A stretch of DNA of 64,000 nt from NCBI RefSeq assembly GCF_053078305.1, contig NZ_CP166879.1; one strand, 5' to 3'. The position numbers and the translations under genes were made by a program. The notes beneath the pieces are model-generated. The model was not told the DNA's origin, did not search any database, and saw only the letters and a program-made list of their open reading frames with translations. This document shows, one piece after another, positions 46,566 through 56,213 of the stretch. Within the stretch, counting starts at the first letter, position 1. Each line of letters begins with the position of its first letter.

Positions 46566-48599
46566 TCACGCGTCCGGGAACATCACGCTATGGCCCGGCG
46601 CTTCACGATGGAGATGAATAAAGTTAAGGTGCCGCTCGTACTGGTCAAGAATATCGGTGATCACCTGCTCTTTGCTGTAGTCCATCAGGTCGTTGCCCTG
46701 GCTGCCTTCTAACAGGAAAGTTTCCAGCCGGTAGTAAGTCGATTTACCGCTACGTGCGCGGTAGGTAAAGCCCGGCACCGAATATTGCTGCGGCCAAATC
46801 TGATAGACAAAGTTTTGCTCTTCGCCCATATGCACCAACAAATCCAGATGCCCCAACTGTTGTCCCTCTTCCGGCGGCAGGCTTTTTAGCTCCACGTACG
46901 CGCCGCGCAACCGCAACTCCTGCGCCACTTCTTCCATTGCCGGGTAACAGACCGTCTCCATCATCTGTTTAGTGTAACGCGTGCCCGGATAATTCATCAG
47001 GCGCGAGAGACGTTTTTTCCAGCTCAGGCGATCCTGAAGCCCCAGCGGTCGCGGTGCGGTATCGCGGTTGGCACTTTCACGGCGGTAATCTTCTACCTTC
47101 AGAGATTTATACAACCCCGCCATCACGAAGAAGATCACAAAGCTGAACGGCAGCCCCATAATCACCGTGGTGTTTTGCAGCGCGGATATCCCGTTGGTCA
47201 TCAGCATGCCGAGCGTCAGCAGGCCAATCGCCACCGACCAGAAGACGCGCAGCCAGCCGGGGGCGTCGCTGTTGATATCTTTAAGCTGCGAGGTGAAATT
47301 CCCCAGCACCAGCGCCCCGGAGTCCGCCGAGGTCACATAAAACAGCAGGCCAGTAATGGTGGCGACGGAGGCGCTAAAGGTAAACGCCGGATACTGCGCC
47401 AGCAGGCTGTAGAAGCCGCGCTCCGGATGGACCATCGCTTCCTCGGCAAATGCCGCGCCGCCGTGGATGATTTCATACAGCGCGCTATTGCCGAACACCG
47501 AGAGCCATAACAGCGTGAAGGTAAACGGAATAATCAACGTGCCCAGCACGAACTGGCGAATGGTACGCCCACGCGAGATACGCGCCAGGAACAAGCCGAC
47601 AAACGGCGACCATGCCACCCACCATGCCCAGAAGAAGAGCGTCCAGTTATTCATCCACTCAACTGGACGGTCGAAGGCAAAACTGTTGAGCGTCATGCCC
47701 ATAAAGCGATTCACATAGTCGCCAACATTCAGCACCAGTGCATTAAGCAGGAACGAAGTGTCGCCCATAAACAACACGAACAGGATCAATCCCAGCGCCA
47801 GCGCGACATTAAGCTCCGATAACACGCGAATGCCCTTATCGACACCGGATGTCACCGAGATAGTGGCGATTATCACCGACAAGGCGATCAGTGCCGCTTT
47901 TGCCGCCATCGAATCGGGAATATCAAACAGTACGCTCAAGCCATAGTTAAGCTGCACCACACCGATACCGAGCGTAGTGGCAATACCGAAGATAGTGCCG
48001 ATCACCGCTGCAATATCCACTGAGTGACCTATCGGCCCGTTAATCCGTTTACCGAAGATCGGGTACAGCGCCGAGCGGATGGTGAGCGGCAAATTATAAC
48101 GATAGCTAAAGTATCCGAGCGCCATGCCCATCAGCGCATACATCGACCAGCCGGTTAAGCCGTAGTGAAACAGCGTCCAGACCATCGCCTGACGCGCGGC
48201 CTCAATCGTCTGTCCCGCGCCTTCCGGCGGCTGCATATACTGCGTTACCGGTTCGGCTACGGAAAAGAACATCAGATCGATACCGATCCCGGCAGCAAAC
48301 AGCATCGCCGCCCAACTCAGCAGGCTGAATTCCGGTTTGGATTGTTCTGGCCCGAGCTTCACCGAACCAAAACGCGAACAAGCGATACAGACCACAAAGA
48401 CAATATAGAGCGTTGCCGCCAGCAGATAGTACCAACCGAAGGTTTTAGAAACCCAGTCCAGCGTGCGGCCAATCCACAGGGCCGAGAAGTCGCGAAACAG
48501 GATCGTTGTCAGGGAAAACAACAAAATCAGTCCGGCGGAGGTGTAAAACACCACCGGATTGATTTTGTCCTTTTCCCTGCTGTGTGAAAGGTCTGTCAT
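46566..48599 (-). CDS. betT: Choline transporter (BCCT family)
   Basis: 677 aa; MTDLSHSREKDKINPVVFYTSAGLILLFSLTTILF... Confidence 0.97.
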   Translation of the reverse strand: MTDLSHSREKDKINPVVFYTSAGLILLFSLTTILFRDFSALWIGRTLDWVSKTFGWYYLLAATLYIVFVVCIACSRFGSVKLGPEQSKPEFSLLSWAAMLFAAGIGIDLMFFSVAEPVTQYMQPPEGAGQTIEAARQAMVWTLFHYGLTGWSMYALMGMALGYFSYRYNLPLTIRSALYPIFGKRINGPIGHSVDIAAVIGTIFGIATTLGIGVVQLNYGLSVLFDIPDSMAAKAALIALSVIIATISVTSGVDKGIRVLSELNVALALGLILFVLFMGDTSFLLNALVLNVGDYVNRFMGMTLNSFAFDRPVEWMNNWTLFFWAWWVAWSPFVGLFLARISRGRTIRQFVLGTLIIPFTFTLLWLSVFGNSALYEIIHGGAAFAEEAMVHPERGFYSLLAQYPAFTFSASVATITGLLFYVTSADSGALVLGNFTSQLKDINSDAPGWLRVFWSVAIGLLTLGMLMTNGISALQNTTVIMGLPFSFVIFFVMAGLYKSLKVEDYRRESANRDTAPRPLGLQDRLSWKKRLSRLMNYPGTRYTKQMMETVCYPAMEEVAQELRLRGAYVELKSLPPEEGQQLGHLDLLVHMGEEQNFVYQIWPQQYSVPGFTYRARSGKSTYYRLETFLLEGSQGNDLMDYSKEQVITDILDQYERHLNFIHLHREAPGHSVMFPDA

Positions 48600-48727
48600 C
48601 CAGTATCCCCACTGTTATTGTTACCATTTAAAATCAAATTCGTAACAATTAAGACACATTTTATATTGAACGTCCAATCAATAACCGCTTTAATAGATAA
48701 ACAACGCTGATGAATGGAGTGGCGAAA

Positions 48728-49315
48728 ATGCCCAAATTGGGGATGCAGTCGATCCGGCGCAGACAACTGATCGACGCCACACTGGAAGCAATAAATGAAG
48801 TGGGCATGCACGATGCAACGATCGCGCAGATCGCCAGCCGTGCAGGCGTTTCTACGGGGATCATCAGCCACTATTTCAGGGACAAAAATGGTCTGCTGGA
48901 AGCAACCATGCGCGATATCACCAGTCAGCTGCGTGACGCGGTTTTGAATCGATTACATGCACTTCCGCAGGGCAGTGCAGAGCAGCGATTACAGGCGATT
49001 GTTGGCGGAAACTTCGATGAAACGCAGGTGAGCAGTGCGGCGATGAAAGCCTGGCTGGCGTTCTGGGCCAGCAGTATGCATCAGCCGATGCTCTATCGTT
49101 TACAGCAGGTCAGCAGCCGCCGCTTGCTGTCGAATCTGGTGAGCGAGTTTCGCCGCGAATTGCCGCGCCACCAGGCACAGGAAGCGGGCTACGGCCTTGC
49201 CGCGCTGATTGACGGATTATGGCTGCGCGCGGCACTGAGCGGCAAACCGCTGGATAAACCTCTCGCACACTCGCTGACCCGTCACTTTATTACTCAGCAT
49301 TTACCCACCGATTAA
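48728..49315 (+). CDS. betI: TetR-family repressor of bet genes
   Basis: [36 protein letters not shown]...; divergent from betT. Confidence 0.95.
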   Translation: MPKLGMQSIRRRQLIDATLEAINEVGMHDATIAQIASRAGVSTGIISHYFRDKNGLLEATMRDITSQLRDAVLNRLHALPQGSAEQRLQAIVGGNFDETQVSSAAMKAWLAFWASSMHQPMLYRLQQVSSRRLLSNLVSEFRRELPRHQAQEAGYGLAALIDGLWLRAALSGKPLDKPLAHSLTRHFITQHLPTD

Positions 49316-49328
49316 CCGAGGAGACGTG

Positions 49329-50801
49329 ATGTCCCGAATGGCAGAACAGCAGCTTTATATACATGGTGGTTATACCTCCGCCACCAGCGGTCGCACCTTC
49401 GAGACCATTAACCCGGCCAACGGTAACGTGCTGGCGACCGTGCAGGCCGCCGGGCGTGAGGATGTCGATCGCGCCGTGAAGAGTGCCCAACAGGGGCAAA
49501 AAATCTGGGCGGCGATGACCGCGATGGAACGCTCGCGTATTCTGCGTCGGGCCGTTGATATTCTGCGTGAACGCAATGACGAACTCGCAAAACTGGAAAC
49601 CCTCGACACCGGAAAAGCATATTCGGAAACCTCAACCGTCGATATCGTTACCGGTGCGGACGTGCTGGAGTACTACGCCGGGCTGATCCCGGCGCTGGAA
49701 GGCAGCCAGATCCCGTTGCGTGAGACGTCATTTGTTTATACCCGCCGCGAACCGCTGGGCGTGGTGGCGGGGATTGGCGCATGGAACTACCCGATCCAGA
49801 TTGCCCTGTGGAAATCCGCCCCGGCGCTGGCGGCAGGCAACGCAATGATTTTCAAACCGAGCGAAGTCACCCCGCTTACCGCGTTAAAGCTGGCTGAAAT
49901 TTACAGCGAAGCGGGCCTGCCGGACGGCGTATTTAACGTGTTGCCGGGCGTGGGCGCGGAGACCGGGCAATATCTGACCGAGCATCCGGGCATTGCCAAA
50001 GTGTCATTTACCGGCGGTGTCGCCAGCGGCAAAAAAGTGATGGCTAACTCGGCGGCCTCTTCCCTGAAAGAAGTGACCATGGAACTGGGCGGTAAATCAC
50101 CGCTGATCGTTTTCGATGATGCGGATCTCGATCTCGCCGCAGATATCGCCATGATGGCAAACTTCTTCAGCTCCGGTCAGGTGTGTACCAATGGCACCCG
50201 CGTCTTCGTTCCGGCGAAATGCAAAGCCGCATTTGAGCAGAAAATTCTGGCGCGCGTTGAGCGCATTCGCGCGGGCGACGTTTTCGATCCGCAAACTAAC
50301 TTCGGCCCGCTGGTCAGCTTCCCGCATCGCGATAACGTGCTGCGCTATATCGCCAAAGGCAAAGAGGAAGGCGCGCGCGTACTGTGCGGCGGCGATGTAC
50401 TGAAAGGCGATGGCCTCGATAACGGCGCATGGGTCGCGCCGACTGTGTTCACCGATTGCAGCGACGAAATGACCATTGTGCGCGAAGAGATCTTCGGGCC
50501 GGTGATGTCCATTCTGACCTACGAGTCGGAAGAGGAAGTCATTCGCCGCGCTAACGATACCGACTACAGCCTGGCGGCGGGCATCGTGACGGCGGACCTG
50601 AACCGCGCGCATCGCGTCATTCATCAGCTGGAAGCGGGTATTTGCTGGATCAACACCTGGGGCGAATCCCCGGCAGAGATGCCCGTTGGCGGCTACAAAC
50701 ACTCCGGCATTGGTCGCGAGAACGGCGTGATGACGCTCCAGAGTTACACCCAGGTGAAGTCCATCCAGGTTGAGATGGCTAAATTCCAGTCCATATTCTA
50801 A
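49329..50801 (+). CDS. betB: Betaine aldehyde dehydrogenase
   Basis: [32 protein letters not shown]...; ALDH motifs ([18 protein letters not shown]). Confidence 0.97.
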   Translation: MSRMAEQQLYIHGGYTSATSGRTFETINPANGNVLATVQAAGREDVDRAVKSAQQGQKIWAAMTAMERSRILRRAVDILRERNDELAKLETLDTGKAYSETSTVDIVTGADVLEYYAGLIPALEGSQIPLRETSFVYTRREPLGVVAGIGAWNYPIQIALWKSAPALAAGNAMIFKPSEVTPLTALKLAEIYSEAGLPDGVFNVLPGVGAETGQYLTEHPGIAKVSFTGGVASGKKVMANSAASSLKEVTMELGGKSPLIVFDDADLDLAADIAMMANFFSSGQVCTNGTRVFVPAKCKAAFEQKILARVERIRAGDVFDPQTNFGPLVSFPHRDNVLRYIAKGKEEGARVLCGGDVLKGDGLDNGAWVAPTVFTDCSDEMTIVREEIFGPVMSILTYESEEEVIRRANDTDYSLAAGIVTADLNRAHRVIHQLEAGICWINTWGESPAEMPVGGYKHSGIGRENGVMTLQSYTQVKSIQVEMAKFQSIF

Positions 50802-50814
50802 CCAGGAGGTTTAT

Positions 50815-52503
50815 TTGCAATTTGACTACATCATTATTGGTGCCGGCTCAGCCGGCAACGTTCTCGCTACCCGTCTGACTGAAGATCCGAATACCTCCGT
50901 GCTGCTGCTTGAAGCGGGCGGCCCGGACTATCGCTTTGACTTCCGCACCCAGATGCCCGCTGCCCTGGCATTCCCGCTACAGGGTAAACGCTACAACTGG
51001 GCTTACGAGACGGAACCTGAACCGTTTATGAATAACCGTCGCATGGAGTGCGGACGCGGTAAAGGCCTGGGTGGATCGTCGCTGATCAACGGCATGTGCT
51101 ACATCCGTGGCAACGCGATGGATCTCGACAACTGGGCAAAAGAACCCGGTCTGGAGAACTGGAGCTATCTCGATTGCCTGCCCTACTACCGCAAGGCCGA
51201 GACCCGCGACGTGGGCGAGAACGACTACCACGGCGGCGACGGCCTGGTGAGCGTCACCACCTCCAAACCCGGCGTCAATCCGCTGTTTGAAGCGATGATT
51301 GAAGCGGGCGTGCAGGCGGGCTACCCGCGCACGGACGATCTCAACGGTTATCAGCAGGAAGGTTTTGGTCCGATGGATCGCACCGTCACGCCGCAGGGCC
51401 GTCGCGCCAGCACCGCGCGTGGCTATCTCGATCAGGCCAAATCGCGTCCTAACCTGACCATTCGTACTCACGCTATGACCGATCACATCATTTTTGACGG
51501 CAAACGCGCGGTGGGCGTCGAGTGGCAGGAAGGCGACAGCACCATTCCAACCCGCGCGACAGCGAATAAAGAGGTGCTGTTATGTGCAGGTGCGATCGCC
51601 TCTCCGCAGATCCTGCAACGTTCCGGCGTGGGTAGCGCTGAACTGCTGGCGGAGTTTGATATTCCGCTGGTGCATGATTTACCCGGCGTCGGCGAAAATC
51701 TTCAGGATCACCTGGAGATGTACCTGCAATATGAGTGCAAAGAACCGGTTTCCCTCTACCCTGCCCTGCAGTGGTGGAATCAGCCGAAAATCGGTGCGGA
51801 GTGGCTGTTTGGCGGCACCGGCGTTGGTGCCAGCAACCACTTTGAAGCAGGCGGATTTATTCGCAGCCGAGAGGAATTTGCGTGGCCGAATATTCAGTAC
51901 CATTTCCTGCCAGTAGCGATTAACTATAACGGCTCGAATGCAGTGAAAGAGCACGGCTTCCAGTGCCACGTCGGATCGATGCGCTCGCCAAGCCGTGGGC
52001 ATGTGCGGATTAAATCCCGCGACCCGCACCAGCATCCGGCGATTCTGTTTAACTACATGTCGCACGAGCAGGACTGGCAGGAGTTCCGCGACGCAATTCG
52101 CATCACCCGCGAGATCATGCATCAACCGGCGCTGGATCAGTATCGTGGCCGCGAAATCAGCCCCGGCACGGAATGTCAGACGGATGAGCAGCTCGATGAG
52201 TTCGTGCGTAATCACGCCGAAACCGCGTTTCATCCGTGCGGTACCTGCAAAATGGGCTACGACGAGATGTCCGTGGTTGACGGCGAAGGCCGCGTGCATG
52301 GGCTGGAAGGCCTGCGCGTGGTGGATGCGTCAATTATACCGCAGATTATCACCGGGAATTTGAACGCCACGACAATTATGATTGGCGAGAAAATAGCGGA
52401 CATGATTCGTGGACAGGAAGCGTTGCCGAGGAGCACGGCGGGATATTTTGTGGCAAATGGGATGCCGGTGAGAGCGAAAAAAATGAGTCGTGATTTGAAC
52501 TGA
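50815..52503 (+). CDS. betA: Choline dehydrogenase (GMC oxidoreductase)
   Basis: ...[23 protein letters not shown]...; AGGAGG at 50804-50809 positions a TTG codon at 50815; the in-frame ATG at 50770 lies inside betB. Confidence 0.93.
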   Translation: MQFDYIIIGAGSAGNVLATRLTEDPNTSVLLLEAGGPDYRFDFRTQMPAALAFPLQGKRYNWAYETEPEPFMNNRRMECGRGKGLGGSSLINGMCYIRGNAMDLDNWAKEPGLENWSYLDCLPYYRKAETRDVGENDYHGGDGLVSVTTSKPGVNPLFEAMIEAGVQAGYPRTDDLNGYQQEGFGPMDRTVTPQGRRASTARGYLDQAKSRPNLTIRTHAMTDHIIFDGKRAVGVEWQEGDSTIPTRATANKEVLLCAGAIASPQILQRSGVGSAELLAEFDIPLVHDLPGVGENLQDHLEMYLQYECKEPVSLYPALQWWNQPKIGAEWLFGGTGVGASNHFEAGGFIRSREEFAWPNIQYHFLPVAINYNGSNAVKEHGFQCHVGSMRSPSRGHVRIKSRDPHQHPAILFNYMSHEQDWQEFRDAIRITREIMHQPALDQYRGREISPGTECQTDEQLDEFVRNHAETAFHPCGTCKMGYDEMSVVDGEGRVHGLEGLRVVDASIIPQIITGNLNATTIMIGEKIADMIRGQEALPRSTAGYFVANGMPVRAKKMSRDLN

Positions 52504-53569
52504 CTCAAGAACCGATCAGATTGAGAGTTACCGTTCCAGGTATGGGGACAGAATCGTTATATAAAACATAGGGGTAACTCTCATGCTTCATAGTGACAAC
52601 CTCGCCAGCAAATTCTAAGCGGACTCGTTCAATCTGGCTGATGAAGGTGCTATGAATGCACTGATAAACCGCAGGTGAAATGCCACTCAGCTTAAGAATT
52701 ACGCCGCTAATGTTCCTTGCTATGGTTACCTGTTCATTCCCGCTCACGGTTAGCATGTACGAAAAGGGTTCTTGTAACGAGTACAAAAATAAGTCAGACC
52801 AAAACCACATGGAGCTTTAAACACGGTTCGTATAATTTATTAGCAGCGATTTATTTTTACTCTTCTTTAATTAATCATCATGCTTAAATATTTTTTAGCA
52901 CAAGATTATCGCTTCGCTAACATTTTATTTTACATTCATCATCAATTGATAATAAAAAATTGTTAATAATTTATTGCAAAAAACAAAAAGTGTTGGAATA
53001 CTCTCCATCAAATGAATACATAATAAACAAATTGAGATATACAAAAAGTAAAAACCATTTAAATGAATATTTTTAATTTATGAGCAGAACCCATTAACAA
53101 TGATTTACTAACCACCAGAAAAGTAAAGAACACCTTGCAATAATATGTATTTATAAATTCATATCATTGATATTAAACCAATCTTACTTTCTACCCTCCA
53201 ACTTTATGCATCAAAAAAAACAAAAGTAAAATCAATTAGATACACAACAAGGCAATCTCACAGGAAATGATGTTAAATATCTCAAAACTAATAAAAAATT
53301 ACTAAAATATTAGACGTAACACACATCCCACACGACCTGTCACTCATAGTTTTAATATTTATTTTTTCACATCATAGTAGATAAAAATACGCATTAAAAA
53401 TGACTTGTAGAAAAGCTGCACAATAAATAGTTCATATTTAGTCTGTTGCGTAGAACTACTATTCAAAAAATCTTATTAATGAGATAATGAGATTACATCG
53501 ATAACGTTCTGATGGCAGGCATACTTATCTGGGTGTGCCTCTCTTTTTTACAACTGTACACGGTGGCGT

Positions 53570-54133
53570 ATGACGAGAAAATATCTCACACAGGATGAAG
53601 TCTACAGGCTGATGGATGCAGCCCAGAGCATGTCCTTTCCTGAAAGAAATCGCTGTCTAATTATGATGGCTTTCATTCACGGTTTTAGGGCCAGTGAACT
53701 TCTTGATTTACGTTTATCCGATATTGATGCATCAGGAAAACAACTTAATATTCGGCGTATTAAAAATGGTTTCTCGACGACACATCCTCTTCTTCCTGAT
53801 GAATATAATTTGATCAAGTTGTGGCTTAAGCAGAGGAAGTTAATTGAAAACGGAGTTGAAGGAGACTGGCTTTTTCTCTCCCGGAAACGCCGCCCTATCA
53901 GCAGACAACATTTTTTTTCTATCATTCGTGAGGCTGGAAAACGTGCAGGATTAGCTGTAAAAGCACATCCTCATATGTTACGTCATGCCTGTGGTTTTGC
54001 TCTGGCTGACAATGGTGTCGATACCCGACTACTCCAGGATTATCTGGGTCATCGAAATATCCAGCATACTGTCAGATACACAGCCAGTAATGCTGCTCGA
54101 TTTAAAGGGGTGTGGAAAAAAAAACCTCGTTAA
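53570..54133 (+). CDS. FimB/FimE-family tyrosine site-specific recombinase
   Basis: 187 aa; strong similarity to remembered FimB/FimE blocks (FIHGFRASE, FSTTHPLL, HPHMLRHACGFALADNGVDTRLLQDYLGHRNIQHTVRYTASNAARF); preceded by ~760 bp of AT-rich ORF-free DNA. Possibly ipuA-like. Confidence 0.88.
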   Translation: MTRKYLTQDEVYRLMDAAQSMSFPERNRCLIMMAFIHGFRASELLDLRLSDIDASGKQLNIRRIKNGFSTTHPLLPDEYNLIKLWLKQRKLIENGVEGDWLFLSRKRRPISRQHFFSIIREAGKRAGLAVKAHPHMLRHACGFALADNGVDTRLLQDYLGHRNIQHTVRYTASNAARFKGVWKKKPR

Positions 54134-54145
54134 AACAGTACCTTC

Positions 54146-54423
54146 TGATTCAAAATGTCAGATTCCTACGTTTTCCTCAATTCTTCCATAAAAAAACAGC
54201 CCATTCAATTAAATAAAACACATAACATGTTGATATTTCTCGCTAAAGTAAAATAACCCCATGATTTGAAATGATTAACCACCAAGGTCATACCAGTGAT
54301 TAACTTTCGCTCATATTGTTAAATAACACAAAATTAAAAACAATAAAAATCAAACAAATTAGATTTATATTCCAAGAAAATTAAATATTCAGGCTATTAA
54401 ACCAAACCTGACATTTTGAATCA
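54146..54423. promoter_or_regulatory. Candidate invertible DNA switch (fimS-like) bounded by 16-bp perfect inverted repeats
   Basis: TGATTCAAAATGTCAG at 54146-54161 and its exact reverse complement CTGACATTTTGAATCA at 54408-54423, flanking 246 bp of AT-rich DNA between the recombinase and the LuxR-type regulator. Confidence 0.65.
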
Positions 54424-54462
54424 AAATGTCAGGTTTTGTAGCAATGGCGTGGACGAGTCTGA

Positions 54463-55257
54463 ATGAAGAAGCCTCTGGTTATTATCAGTGCCTGTCAGTT
54501 CACCAGGCTGGCACTGGAGTCTCTCATCCCAGCGGACAGGTATATCGTGCGGGTGTACAGCAACGTCACTACAGAGGTTGAATTCGTTTTAAAAACCTCC
54601 TGTGGCTACCTGTTGGCTGATATCCCTTCGCTTCCTTCGGGGGAGTTAGTTCTTCTGGCTTGTCTTGTCCGCTTGCGGAGTGATGCCGGGCAATGGCAGG
54701 TCTGCCTGACCGGTGACTCCGACTGGTCCGATAATGCTCCTGCTGCAAGTCTGTATAACGGCTTCCCACATATCGGCACCATGCTGACAGCGAGTCGTTA
54801 TCAGAATCAAATTATCCGCTGGTTACTACGTCCTTTACCCGGCGATATGAGTGATTTCTGGCTCCTGACTGCACGGGAGTTAAGCGTGCTTAAGATTCTG
54901 ATGCAGGGCATGAGTTTCAGTGAGATTGCCCGTTATGAACAACGCAGTTCAAAGACCCTGCATGCGATTGCCACACGGGCTTTAATGAAACTTGGACTGG
55001 GAACACTGAGCGATTTCAGGCTGCTCTATACGGGATGCGGTGACAGCAGAGTGAAACGGAATATACGGCTACATGCAAAATATATCGGACAACATTCCGC
55101 TCATCGACTCACTCAGTATGTGCAGAACATGGTATCCGGAATCCTTTATCCAGAGAAAGTTGCCGTTGGTGAATCAATAAATTCTGACGCCATTTCCGGA
55201 AAAGTACTTTCCGGACAAAGAAAAAATATATCTAAAAAAAGACCAGGATTGTTATGA
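54463..55257 (+). CDS. LuxR-type HTH transcriptional regulator
   Basis: 264 aa; HTH LTARELSVLKILMQGMSFSEIARYEQRSSKTLHAIATRALMKLG; starts 40 bp after the right inverted repeat. Possibly ipuR-like. Confidence 0.8.
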   Translation: MKKPLVIISACQFTRLALESLIPADRYIVRVYSNVTTEVEFVLKTSCGYLLADIPSLPSGELVLLACLVRLRSDAGQWQVCLTGDSDWSDNAPAASLYNGFPHIGTMLTASRYQNQIIRWLLRPLPGDMSDFWLLTARELSVLKILMQGMSFSEIARYEQRSSKTLHAIATRALMKLGLGTLSDFRLLYTGCGDSRVKRNIRLHAKYIGQHSAHRLTQYVQNMVSGILYPEKVAVGESINSDAISGKVLSGQRKNISKKRPGLL

Positions 55258-55410
55258 CACAGCAGCGTTGTTACTACCACCCACTGCGGCGCATACGGAC
55301 TCGCTACAGTGTAGGAGCCAAAATATTTCTACTGTTCTGGGCTGCAGGATTGGGAGGCACGCTGTACAGCCTGTACAGCGTGCTGGCGTACTGACATCTG
55401 TGAGGGAAGG

Positions 55411-56172
55411 ATGCGTTTCGTTCTTTTCTGTCCCTCAGGAATTGTACCAGCGCAGTTCGCAGCTCTATCAACCGGTTCTGTCGGCAATGTTACCTGCATC
55501 AGAACAGAAGAGGAGTTACGCAATAAATTGCGGCACAGGCCACAGAATGTCGTGATATCGGCAGGGCGACCTGCCGAATGCGCTGAAATGTGGTTCCGAT
55601 TTTATCGGGATCACTCATTCGTGGTGGTGTTGTGCGTCGCGCCCTTTTTTCTGCCACCGGATGTGAGTATTTCTGGCGTTCTCAAAAACCTGAGGTTACT
55701 GAAACCAGGAATGTCAGTAGAGCATGTCATCAGTATTGCAAATACCTCTGGTGGGTTTTCAGGGCTGAAACATGCAGAAATTTTGCCAGTTATGGACAGT
55801 TACTCTGTCTTTATGAAAGAGGTGAATAACCGCACAAAGACAATCGTCATGTCAGAACGCTTCCCGGAAAAGCAAAAGAAGGTGTTGTCGTTGCTTCTTG
55901 CCGGACACAGCTGGGAATACAGTGCGCAGTTTCTCAAAACGGGGATAAGACAGATATGGCTTGCCGAGCAGTCGCTAAAAAAGCGTTGGGGAATACCGGA
56001 CAGCATGTCATTGCGGGAAGCCCTGCTGCTGAGCAGCAATAAATTTCACGGTGATGGAAATGCATTGGAAAAAACGAATGCCATGACATTGCGTGAAAAC
56101 GGAAATACCAACAGGTATTCCGTGGTGGTAAATGCAGGGACGCAGGTTTTATCTCTGCATAAATATAAATAA
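55411..56172 (+). CDS. Second, divergent LuxR-like regulator
   Basis: 253 aa; degenerate LuxR-type HTH near the C-terminus (EKQKKVLSLLLAGHSWEYSAQFLKTGIRQIWLAEQSLKKRWGIP); no intact response-regulator phosphoacceptor signature recognised. Confidence 0.6.
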   Translation: MRFVLFCPSGIVPAQFAALSTGSVGNVTCIRTEEELRNKLRHRPQNVVISAGRPAECAEMWFRFYRDHSFVVVLCVAPFFLPPDVSISGVLKNLRLLKPGMSVEHVISIANTSGGFSGLKHAEILPVMDSYSVFMKEVNNRTKTIVMSERFPEKQKKVLSLLLAGHSWEYSAQFLKTGIRQIWLAEQSLKKRWGIPDSMSLREALLLSSNKFHGDGNALEKTNAMTLRENGNTNRYSVVVNAGTQVLSLHKYK

Positions 56173-56213
56173 GTGGGAAATTGAAATTAGTTACCAGAAT
56201 GGAGAATTTCTTC

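Noticed and set aside
52505-52810. 101-aa minus-strand ORF downstream of betA
   Set aside because: No recognisable domain, no RBS, spans the island junction; probably non-coding.
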